IMG/VR virus record: IMGVR_UViG_3300010998_000026
Span: 12,142 to 76,141 of that record
Origin: a virus
Lineage: Duplodnaviria > Caudoviricetes
Strand: one strand, 5' to 3'
Length of the DNA stretch: 64,000 nucleotides
In this document: piece after piece, positions 56,155-64,000 of the stretch
Layout: each line of letters begins with the position of its first letter
Position numbering within the stretch: position 1 is the stretch's first letter
Made by a program: the position numbers and the translations under genes
The notes under the pieces: generated by a model
What the model was told of the DNA's origin: nothing
What the model saw: the letters and a program-made list of their open reading frames with translations, nothing else
Database searches by the model: none

Positions 56155-56637
56155 ATGAAATCTACTTTATATATTTTAATTGGTGCCCCCGGGTGCGGCA
56201 AGTCAACTTTCGCGGCAAATTTTTCTAATAATGGACATATTGTTTGGGTATCTCGTGACACTATTCGATTCCGTTATCTTGATAAAAATCCAAATGCGCA
56301 TTATTTTGATTTTGAAAATGAAGTTTATAATGATTTTATTAATGAAATTGTTACCGCTTTAAAAAATAACTATAATGCAGTTGCTGATGCTACTCATTTA
56401 AATACTGCGGCCCGTAAGAAACTTACAAATGCGATTGATAAATATTATACAGATTATAATATTATTTATATTGTATTTCTTGCCTCCGCGGAAGTATGCA
56501 TTGAACATAATAAAAATCGTGTTGGGCATGCAAATGTTCCAGAAGATGTAATTCGTGATATGCGCGCGAAACTTACTATTCCAGATAAAGAAGATTCACG
56601 CGAAATAGGTAAGTGGTTTATTGAAGGAGAAGTTTAA
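56155..56637 (+). CDS. AAA_33 polynucleotide kinase (T4 Pnk kinase-like)
   Basis: GAPGCGKST, SRDTIR, VADATHL..AAR, R..VPEDVI. Confidence 0.85.
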   Translation: MKSTLYILIGAPGCGKSTFAANFSNNGHIVWVSRDTIRFRYLDKNPNAHYFDFENEVYNDFINEIVTALKNNYNAVADATHLNTAARKKLTNAIDKYYTDYNIIYIVFLASAEVCIEHNKNRVGHANVPEDVIRDMRAKLTIPDKEDSREIGKWFIEGEV

Positions 56638-57236
56638 TGGGCGAAATTTTTCTCACCAGCGACACTCATTTCGCGCATCAGCCCATGTTCCTATGGGAAC
56701 CACGTGGTTTTCAAAGTGTAGAAGAAATGAATGAAGCTATCATTGAAAGATGGAATAAGGTGGTAAAGCCAGATGATACAGTAATTCATCTTGGTGATAT
56801 TATGCTTACAAATAATAAAATTGGTCTAGAATGTCTAAAGAGTCTTAATGGAACAATTAATATCATTTGGGGCAACCATGATTCGCCATCGCGGCAAATG
56901 CTCATTCATACAGAGTGCCCAAATATTATTACACTTGGATATGCACATATGTTTAAATATGGAAAATATTCTATTTATCTTTCGCATTATCCAACATTAA
57001 CTGCAAATTATGATGATAAACATTTTTCACAGCATGTAATTAATATGCACGGGCACACTCATCAACAAAAAAATTGGCTTCAGCCAGATAATCCATTTAT
57101 GTACCATGTTGGTATGGATAGTCATAATTGTACACCAGTGCATATTGATGAAGCAATTACCGATATTCGAAATAGATGGAATGAAATGCAAAAATTTGGA
57201 GTTCCTATGAAAGAACTTTACAATTACCCACTATAA
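56637..57236 (+). CDS. Calcineurin-like metallophosphoesterase
   Basis: SDTHFAH, HLGD, GNHD, HYP, HGHTH, HVGMD. Confidence 0.9.
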   Translation: MGEIFLTSDTHFAHQPMFLWEPRGFQSVEEMNEAIIERWNKVVKPDDTVIHLGDIMLTNNKIGLECLKSLNGTINIIWGNHDSPSRQMLIHTECPNIITLGYAHMFKYGKYSIYLSHYPTLTANYDDKHFSQHVINMHGHTHQQKNWLQPDNPFMYHVGMDSHNCTPVHIDEAITDIRNRWNEMQKFGVPMKELYNYPL

Positions 57237-57285
57237 ACCTACGGTCTAGATAGTAGACTAAGATAAAAAGGAGAGATAAAAGGAT

Positions 57286-58788
57286 ATGAATACATTACTA
57301 AATGGGTTAAAGGACAATTTTAATTATACTCACACCGAAAATGGTGCTATCACTCATAAGACTACTAAATCCGCGCTATTAGATATGTTTGGTATGGGCG
57401 GTTCTATGCGTAATCGTTCTGACGATGACGTTATTCTAATGTTTAAAAATGCATATGAAGAAAATCCAGAATACGCGCTAAAGTGTTTATTCTATCTTCG
57501 TGACTGCCGCGGCGGCGCAGGCGAACGTCGTTTCTTCCGTATAGTTATTAAATGGCTCGCGCGCGAAAATAAAGATGCAGTAATTCGCAACATGAAATTT
57601 ATCCCTGAAATGGGACGTTGGGATGACCTATATTCCCTAGTAGATACTCCTGTTGAAAAGGAAATGTTTGAGTTTATTTGCAAGCAGTTAATTCTTGACG
57701 TTGAATGCAACACTCCTTCTTTGCTTGCAAAGTGGTGTAAGAGTGAAAATACTTCTTCTTATGAAAGCCGCAGATTAGGCCAGAAAACTCGTGAAGCTCT
57801 TGACCTAACTCCTCGTGCATACCGTAAGATGCTATCTCTACTCCGCAACCGCATCAACATTGTCGAAACCTTAATGTCTCAAAATCGTTGGGATGAAATT
57901 AAATTTGATAAAATTCCTTCTCGCGCTGGTCTAATTTATAAGAATGCTTTTGCGAAGAGAGATATTATCAAAGAACAGTACAAGGCATTTATGTCTGATA
58001 AGACTACTAAAGTAAATGCTAAGGTACTAAATCCTGTTGATATTGCTAATCAAATTTTTTCTAATTCTTGGCGCACAACTGAAATTGAGCGTCTTACTTG
58101 GCAAAAGTATTGGGATAATCTTGAAGACTATTATGCTGGCCGCGAAGAGCCCGGTATTGCTATTGTTGACGTTAGTGGTAGTATGTACGGTCAACCATTA
58201 AACGCTGCGGTATCTATGGGCGCTTATATTGCTGAACGTGGTAAGGGCCCATTCCATAATCACTTCATCACCTTCTCAGATAATCCTGAACTTGTTGAGT
58301 TTAAAGGTATTGATATTTATGATAAATTCTGGCGCGCTAGAAATGCAAATTGGAATAATTCTACTAATATTGAATCCGTATTTGATTTGCTACTTCATAC
58401 TGCCATTCAGAAAAAAGTAAAACCAGAAGATATGCCTAAGACTCTATATATCTTCAGTGATATGGAGTTTAATCATACTCTTACTTCTAATGAATGGGCT
58501 TATGATATGTGGGGTCGTCGTATCCGCAAACCACTTAGCACAACAGATAATATCAATACTCTAATTGAAGCGCAGATGAAAAAGTGGAAAGCGCATGGAT
58601 ACACTACACCTCGTATTATCTTCTGGAATCTTGATGCTCGTCACGAGAATATTCCTGCTATCGGAGATAAATTTTCCTATGTAAGCGGTTTTTCCATGAA
58701 TATGGTAAAGACTATTCTTTCTGGTAAAGACGGAATGGCTTTAATGTTTGAAAAATTAAATGAGCCTAGATACGCTAACATTAAATAA
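57286..58788 (+). CDS. DUF2828-family Ro60/TROVE-like protein with vWA domain
   Basis: TENGA, RDCRGGAGER, GRWDDL, LAKW, DVSGSM (MIDAS), FITFS, SDMEF, FWNL, VSGFS. Confidence 0.85.
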   Translation: MNTLLNGLKDNFNYTHTENGAITHKTTKSALLDMFGMGGSMRNRSDDDVILMFKNAYEENPEYALKCLFYLRDCRGGAGERRFFRIVIKWLARENKDAVIRNMKFIPEMGRWDDLYSLVDTPVEKEMFEFICKQLILDVECNTPSLLAKWCKSENTSSYESRRLGQKTREALDLTPRAYRKMLSLLRNRINIVETLMSQNRWDEIKFDKIPSRAGLIYKNAFAKRDIIKEQYKAFMSDKTTKVNAKVLNPVDIANQIFSNSWRTTEIERLTWQKYWDNLEDYYAGREEPGIAIVDVSGSMYGQPLNAAVSMGAYIAERGKGPFHNHFITFSDNPELVEFKGIDIYDKFWRARNANWNNSTNIESVFDLLLHTAIQKKVKPEDMPKTLYIFSDMEFNHTLTSNEWAYDMWGRRIRKPLSTTDNINTLIEAQMKKWKAHGYTTPRIIFWNLDARHENIPAIGDKFSYVSGFSMNMVKTILSGKDGMALMFEKLNEPRYANIK

Positions 58789-58827
58789 TAAAAATTAAAT
58801 ATGGGTTAGATTTTAAAAATCTAACCC

Positions 58828-58856
58828 TTGATTTTTTTTGAAATTTATGATATAAT
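58828..58856 (+). promoter_or_regulatory. sigma70-type promoter, preceded by terminator-like hairpin 58803-58827
   Basis: TTGATT-17-TATAAT; gggttagatttt/aaaatctaaccc. Confidence 0.7.
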
Positions 58857-58881
58857 ATATATGTAAGAAAGAAAGGAAAGG

Positions 58882-59511
58882 ATGATTTATATGCTCCCCA
58901 ATATTCATATCTCTATAGAAAGATGGAAGAAAAATGAAGAGTATGGAGTTTATGTAAGTACACTCGGGCGTATTCGTCTTATTCAAAATAAAGAGTTTTT
59001 AAATATTCGTATTAATCAAGAGGGTTATTGTGTTGTATTTACTAATAAAGGGCCGCAATTCGTCCATAGACTTGTCGCTTACACTTGGCTTGGTGGTAAA
59101 CGTAACGAAAAATATAATATTGATCATATTAATAGTAATAAACGTGATAATTCTATTAAAAATTTACGCTGGATTGAAGTACAATTAAATACTGATTATG
59201 CCAAATATACTCATACAAATTTAAGGGTAGATTCTATTGAGTGTATTGAACAAACTGAAGATATTATTAAAAAATTTAATGAAGACCCTAATAGATCTGG
59301 CAGTATTTTATTAAAATTATTTACAGAAAATAGAATTAAATTATTTTATAATGATACGTTAGTAAATGAGTATCAAGACATTTTAAAAGCAATTAAATTT
59401 GGTGGGAAAACTCCGCTTAAAAAAGATGTCTTTGATCATATTGCTATGGCAATCAGGGAAAATCAGTCTTATGGTACGTATATGTGGCGTTTTGAGAAGA
59501 AAGAGGCATAA
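58882..59511 (+). CDS. HNH (HNH_3) homing endonuclease-like protein
   Basis: YVSTLGRI, VHRLVAYTW, IDHINSNKRDNSIKNLRW. Confidence 0.85.
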   Translation: MIYMLPNIHISIERWKKNEEYGVYVSTLGRIRLIQNKEFLNIRINQEGYCVVFTNKGPQFVHRLVAYTWLGGKRNEKYNIDHINSNKRDNSIKNLRWIEVQLNTDYAKYTHTNLRVDSIECIEQTEDIIKKFNEDPNRSGSILLKLFTENRIKLFYNDTLVNEYQDILKAIKFGGKTPLKKDVFDHIAMAIRENQSYGTYMWRFEKKEA

Positions 59512-59512
59512 T

Positions 59513-60325
59513 ATGGAAAAAAAACAAGAAATTTTTAACTTAGTAAAAGTCAAACACGAGTTAGTTAAGGCTTATGGGGAAGAATACGGCTATCAATATG
59601 TACTAATGACTGTTTTGATAGGCAGTCAAAACTATTGTTTAGATACTGCTGACAGTGATGTGGATACATATTCATATGTTCTTCCTAGCTATTTAAATTT
59701 TATTACTAATAGTGGCCCACTCATTAGTAAAGAAATTAATTTAGCAGATGGTAGTAAGGCATATATTCGGGATATTCGTCTTGGCCTAAATTCACTTCGT
59801 AAATCTTCTCCTAATAGTGTAGAATGTTTTTTAAGTGCTTATAAAGTTTATGATCCTTTTTTTGATGAAGTACTTAGTAATTATTTAAATAATGACGATA
59901 CACTATTTTATCTAACTCATTGTAATTATAAAAATATGGTAGATGCAATCGCAGGAACAGTTGGCAGTTTACATGGGCGTAATATGTCATTAGGTAAAAA
60001 ATATGCTCATGCTTTACGATTAAAAAATTTACTTGATAAATATTTAAATATCAGTGCTTTTCCTTCTCAATATTTAATTCCTGATCCTAAAGTATTAGAA
60101 ATAGCTTTTAAAGCCAAAAATCATCCAGAAAATTTTACTGAAGAAGAATTAAAACAAAAATATGAAGAAATTAGAGATGATTTAAATACCTTTAAAAAAT
60201 ATTATCAAGTAAGTGAAGCAGAAAAAAGAATTGAATATTTAGCCGAGCATAATATTGATAGATTTGAATATAAATTATTTAATAAATATTTTGAATTAAA
60301 TGGATTAGTATGGAGAACACCATGA
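59513..60325 (+). CDS. Pol-beta superfamily nucleotidyltransferase (RlaP-like)
   Basis: GSQNYCLDTADSDVD, K.SPNSVE.F. Confidence 0.75.
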   Translation: MEKKQEIFNLVKVKHELVKAYGEEYGYQYVLMTVLIGSQNYCLDTADSDVDTYSYVLPSYLNFITNSGPLISKEINLADGSKAYIRDIRLGLNSLRKSSPNSVECFLSAYKVYDPFFDEVLSNYLNNDDTLFYLTHCNYKNMVDAIAGTVGSLHGRNMSLGKKYAHALRLKNLLDKYLNISAFPSQYLIPDPKVLEIAFKAKNHPENFTEEELKQKYEEIRDDLNTFKKYYQVSEAEKRIEYLAEHNIDRFEYKLFNKYFELNGLVWRTP

Positions 60326-60909
60326 AAAAAATTACTTTAAAAAATACTTTCGCGCATTTACGTAAAATTCAAACCCATCGTAAATGGGTTAGGCATTATT
60401 GTTTTCTTGCTGGTATTCCTTGGCGTGGTTTAACACATGATTTATCCAAATATTCTCCTATTGAATTTTGGGAAAGTGTTAAATTTTATGTAGGAATTAG
60501 TTCTCCCATTAATGAAGCAAAAAAAGAGCAAGGATATTCAAAAGCATGGCTTCATCACAAAGGACGAAATCGTCATCATTGGGCTTATTGGACTGATAAT
60601 TTTAGTGAAGGAACAACCGTTTATCCTATGCCTAAAGATGATTTTGTAGAATTAGTCTGTGATTTTTTAGGCGCGGCAAGAGCTTATACTAAAGATACTT
60701 TTTCATATAATAATGAATATGAATGGTGGAAAAAAGATAGAGAAATAAATAATAAAGCCATGAATGAGAAAAATAAAAAAATGCTTGATATTATTTTTTC
60801 TGATCTTGCCCAGGCAGAAGCACATCATTATTTAGATTTTACTTTCCCTTCTCCAGAAGATTTAATTAAAAATGGTTATCTTCAAGATGTATGGGAGGCT
60901 AATAAATGA
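60310..60909 (+). CDS. DUF5662 HD-superfamily phosphohydrolase
   Basis: H..WV, THDLSKYSPIEF, AWLHHKGRNRHHW, ELVCDFLGA. Confidence 0.8.
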   Translation: MENTMKKITLKNTFAHLRKIQTHRKWVRHYCFLAGIPWRGLTHDLSKYSPIEFWESVKFYVGISSPINEAKKEQGYSKAWLHHKGRNRHHWAYWTDNFSEGTTVYPMPKDDFVELVCDFLGAARAYTKDTFSYNNEYEWWKKDREINNKAMNEKNKKMLDIIFSDLAQAEAHHYLDFTFPSPEDLIKNGYLQDVWEANK

Positions 60910-61112
60910 AATGGAAATGCGCGAAAGAAAATTATCCTATTGAAAACTTTTATAAAAATATAATTAACTTATATTCTACATCACAAGATATAATGTTTGT
61001 AATAAAAGTTAAAAATCTTACTTATATTGCTTCATTTGAAACAATAGATAAATTACCGATTGATATAGAACAAGAAGCAAATCAAATTTTAATTTGGGTA
61101 AAAATTGAATAA
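60906..61112 (+). CDS. Small hypothetical protein
   Basis: ATGA overlap, RBS GGAGG. Confidence 0.6.
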   Translation: MKWKCAKENYPIENFYKNIINLYSTSQDIMFVIKVKNLTYIASFETIDKLPIDIEQEANQILIWVKIE

Positions 61113-61123
61113 AATTTTATTAT

Positions 61124-61152
61124 TTGATTTTTACCCAAATTTGTGTTATAAT
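61124..61152 (+). promoter_or_regulatory. sigma70-type promoter
   Basis: TTGATT-17-TATAAT. Confidence 0.7.
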
Positions 61153-61182
61153 AGATATATAAGAGGAAAGGGGAGAAATGAA

Positions 61183-62034
61183 ATGGCTGTTGCGAAATCT
61201 TATGAAAATATGACAATCTGTGGCGAGCCTTACAAAGAAGATGGGAAAATGTATGTAAAAGTAATTGGTCCTTGTAAGCGTTGCGGTGGTAGCGGCCATT
61301 ACTCTTATAATCCTATGGATGGTACCACTTGTTTCGGCTGTAATGGTACCGGTAAAACTTCTATGATTGTACGTTGGTATACTGATGCTCAACGTGCGAC
61401 TATGGATAAAGCCACTGAAAAGCGCAAGGCCGCCGCGGCTGTAAAACAAGAAGAGCGCCGTATTAAGTCCGCCGCGCGTAATGCTTTTGGTTTTGGTGAA
61501 AAAGGTTATATTACTCTCATCTATGGTGATAATGATACTATCAAAAAGTGGCGCGAAGATTTGCCCGAACATACTGTGTGGTATAACAATACCTTTGGTT
61601 GGTTTATTCCTTCTACCAAAATGATTGAAGGTCTTATTATTCCTTCTAAAATTCATTCTGCCGTACTTCAATGGGAACAAGTACGCAATATAGATGATGA
61701 AGAAAATCTGCAAATGATTAGTAACGAAGACGCGCATAAAATTGTTGTTAGTCTTACTGTTGGTGAAAGTAAAAGTCAATGGCAAGGTATCATTGGTGAT
61801 TGGCTTGAACCTATTGAAGTAAAAGTTATTAAAAATATTTCCTTCTCCAATAGTTATGGTGATTCTCATATGCATATTCTTCATGATGAAGATGGAAATG
61901 AGTATGTTTGGACTACAGGTTCTAAAAACCTTGAAGAAGGTAAAGTTCTTAAACTTAAAATGAAAGTTAAAAACCACAGTGACTATAATGGTGTAAAACA
62001 AACTATTGTATGGTATTGTAAGGAGAGTAAATAA
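61183..62034 (+). CDS. Protein with DnaJ-type CxxCxGxG zinc finger and C-terminal OB-like domain
   Basis: CKRCGGSG, CFGCNGTG; HSDYNGVKQT. Confidence 0.75.
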   Translation: MAVAKSYENMTICGEPYKEDGKMYVKVIGPCKRCGGSGHYSYNPMDGTTCFGCNGTGKTSMIVRWYTDAQRATMDKATEKRKAAAAVKQEERRIKSAARNAFGFGEKGYITLIYGDNDTIKKWREDLPEHTVWYNNTFGWFIPSTKMIEGLIIPSKIHSAVLQWEQVRNIDDEENLQMISNEDAHKIVVSLTVGESKSQWQGIIGDWLEPIEVKVIKNISFSNSYGDSHMHILHDEDGNEYVWTTGSKNLEEGKVLKLKMKVKNHSDYNGVKQTIVWYCKESK

Positions 62035-62035
62035 T

Positions 62036-62296
62036 ATGAAACTTTATTTTGAAAATTCATACGGCGAATCTCGTGTTATTGCAGAAGTTAAAACACTAGA
62101 AGAAATTTCGCAAGAGATTAAGAAATTTATTGATAATTGTAATAAAAATAAACCAAAAGAAAAACAATTTAAATCTTATTATACCCGCGTATGGAGTGAA
62201 AATGGTAGGACTTGGTATGATGTAGGCTCTCATTCCGAATATTTTTGGGTAGATAAGGAGCTATATAATGATTACAAAGGCCGCGACGAAAATTAA
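62036..62296 (+). CDS. Hypothetical protein
   Basis: MKLYFENSYG..YDVGSHSEYF. Confidence 0.75.
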   Translation: MKLYFENSYGESRVIAEVKTLEEISQEIKKFIDNCNKNKPKEKQFKSYYTRVWSENGRTWYDVGSHSEYFWVDKELYNDYKGRDEN

Positions 62297-62540
62297 AGAT
62301 TACCGTCAAGATGGGAAAGAATTAATTATTCCTTTAATGCGTCACGGTGACTTGTATATTATTTTAAAAGCATTTGGTTATACACCGCATAAAGAATATA
62401 AAGAAATAGAACAGGGTTTTTTAAATCACAAAGGTGAATTTTTAAACCGTCGAGAGGCTTGGGAAGAAGCCTATCAATGTAGACAACTAAAACAAATAGA
62501 TAAAACTAATAAAAGTTTATTTTCGGAGGACATTTGGTAA
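62268..62540 (+). CDS. Hypothetical phage protein
   Basis: RHGD, EQGFL..GEFLNRREA, LFSEDIW. Confidence 0.75.
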   Translation: MITKAATKIKDYRQDGKELIIPLMRHGDLYIILKAFGYTPHKEYKEIEQGFLNHKGEFLNRREAWEEAYQCRQLKQIDKTNKSLFSEDIW

Positions 62541-62788
62541 TGGCAACAGAATCACAGTCTTCATATAGCCCAGACTTTTTAGAAGGCTATACGAAAGCTA
62601 AAAATGAAGATAAAGAAGAACTTAATAAAACATTAGAAAAATTACATAATCTTGAAAGAGAATACATGGAATTAAAAACTGCAGCTATTAAAGATGCTCA
62701 ATTTGTTAAAGAAAATAGTGAATATGCTGAATTAGGTAAATCAGTAGTTACAATTTTAAAATATCTACGAGGTACTGTAAATGAGTAA
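62540..62788 (+). CDS. Hypothetical coiled-coil protein
   Basis: TAATG overlap. Confidence 0.65.
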   Translation: MATESQSSYSPDFLEGYTKAKNEDKEELNKTLEKLHNLEREYMELKTAAIKDAQFVKENSEYAELGKSVVTILKYLRGTVNE

Positions 62789-62996
62789 TGAATATAAAGA
62801 TTGGTTACTTGATGAAGTACAAGAACGCGTAAGTGAATTTGTTGATACTATTGACTCTTATGAACCGTATTTTGATCCAAGTTCTAATGGATATATTTTT
62901 CATGGTCGTATTTGGTCAGAATCTGCCGCGGAAGAAATTAAAGTAACAATTAAAATATCAATTGATAAGAAGATAAGCTCTTATTCTATTGATTGA
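62781..62996 (+). CDS. Hypothetical protein
   Basis: RBS GAGGT; overlap with previous gene. Confidence 0.65.
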   Translation: MSNEYKDWLLDEVQERVSEFVDTIDSYEPYFDPSSNGYIFHGRIWSESAAEEIKVTIKISIDKKISSYSID

Positions 62997-63010
62997 AAGG
63001 AATGATATAA

Positions 63011-64000
63011 ATGCCTTATTGTGGATATATTGTTGAAGTAAAAGAACTTCGTAAACATTCTAATGCTGATAGACTGCAAATTGCTACCTTCTTTGGTAAT
63101 GATACTATTGTAAGTCTTGATACTCATATTGGAGATAAGGGAATTTATTTCCCTGTAGACGGTCAACTCTCCGAGCGTTATTGCGCTGTAAATGACCTAG
63201 TGCGGCGTAAAGATGAAAATGGTAAACCTTGTGGCGGTTATCTTGACCCCGATAAGCGCAACATTAAGGCACTAAAGCTTCGCGGCGAAAAATCTGACGG
63301 TCTTTTTATGCCTTTGACTTCTCTTGCTGATTTTTGTAAGATTTCTGATCTAAAGGTTGGAGATACTATTGATACTGTTAATGGTGAACTAATTTGTCAG
63401 AAATATATTCCTCGCGCGAATACTTATTCTCGCAGTCACGGAGCTAATGCCACTAAAAAGGCAAAAGCTAATATTGCGCCTACCTTCTACGAACATGTAG
63501 ATACTGCGCAGCTCGCTTATAATCTAGATGTATTTAAGCCTGGTGACCTAGTACAACTCACTCTAAAAATGCACGGAACTTCAGGGCGTACTGGCTATTT
63601 ACCTTTACTTCATACTAAGCGCACTTGGCTTGATAAATTGTTCCATCGTCATGGTAAGGACTATATGGAATATGGCTATATTACTGGTACTCGTCGCGTG
63701 GTACTTGATGGAATACGCAATGGCGGTTTCTATGAAAGTGATGATTTCCGTCATGCAATGGCAGCAAAGTTTGAAGGAAAACTTCATAAGGGTGAAGTAG
63801 TATATTACGAAATTGTAGGTTTCCAGGGCCCAGATGGAGCACCTATTATGAGCCAGGTTGCCAATAACAAAGTAAAAGATCCAGAATTTACTAAGCTATA
63901 TGGAGACACTACTACTTTTGCATATGGCTGTGATCAGCATGGACCTTGGGAAGAAACTGCAATAGAAGCACCTTGTTGTGAAGTATATGTTTATCGTATG
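63011..64000 (+). CDS. ATP-dependent RNA ligase with N-terminal tRNA-binding OB domain (DRB0094/Rnl5-like), 3' partial
   Basis: HSNADRLQI, KLRGEKSDGL, HVDTAQL, motif I TLKMHGTS, YYEIVG. Confidence 0.85.
   Translation, partial: MPYCGYIVEVKELRKHSNADRLQIATFFGNDTIVSLDTHIGDKGIYFPVDGQLSERYCAVNDLVRRKDENGKPCGGYLDPDKRNIKALKLRGEKSDGLFMPLTSLADFCKISDLKVGDTIDTVNGELICQKYIPRANTYSRSHGANATKKAKANIAPTFYEHVDTAQLAYNLDVFKPGDLVQLTLKMHGTSGRTGYLPLLHTKRTWLDKLFHRHGKDYMEYGYITGTRRVVLDGIRNGGFYESDDFRHAMAAKFEGKLHKGEVVYYEIVGFQGPDGAPIMSQVANNKVKDPEFTKLYGDTTTFAYGCDQHGPWEETAIEAPCCEVYVYRM

Noticed and set aside
61120-62001. 293-aa minus-strand ORF and the other minus-strand ORFs
   Set aside because: Antisense shadows of well-supported + strand genes or tRNAs; no RBS or recognisable motifs

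Overview
AT-rich large tailed-phage genome segment, probably from a gut or rumen Bacillota host (GGAGG/GAGGTG ribosome-binding sites, sigma70/sigmaA-type promoters). All credible genes lie on the + strand. The phage uses a recoded genetic code: TAG is read as Gln (code 15), so the supplied ORF track fragments most genes. Bases 1-38.8 kb hold heavily recoded structural, tail-fibre and receptor-binding genes plus a 7-gene cluster of unknown function. Bases 39.3-55.7 kb hold an array of about 30 tRNAs, including an amber suppressor, an intron-bearing tRNA-Leu and an 8/4 tRNA-Ser. The array also contains a probable ROOL RNA and at least three other large candidate ncRNAs. Bases 56-64 kb are a TAG-free RNA end-healing/sealing module (kinase, phosphoesterase, DUF2828 Ro60/TROVE-like vWA protein, nucleotidyltransferase, HD protein, RNA ligase). 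Top observation: seven dispersed ncRNAs share a terminal stem plus a CAGCAA motif, and each carries a circularly permuted tRNA or an isolated anticodon-like stem-loop. They resemble Y RNAs (YrlA) and are candidate partners of the adjacent Ro60-like protein. All calls come from manual reading; no searches were run.
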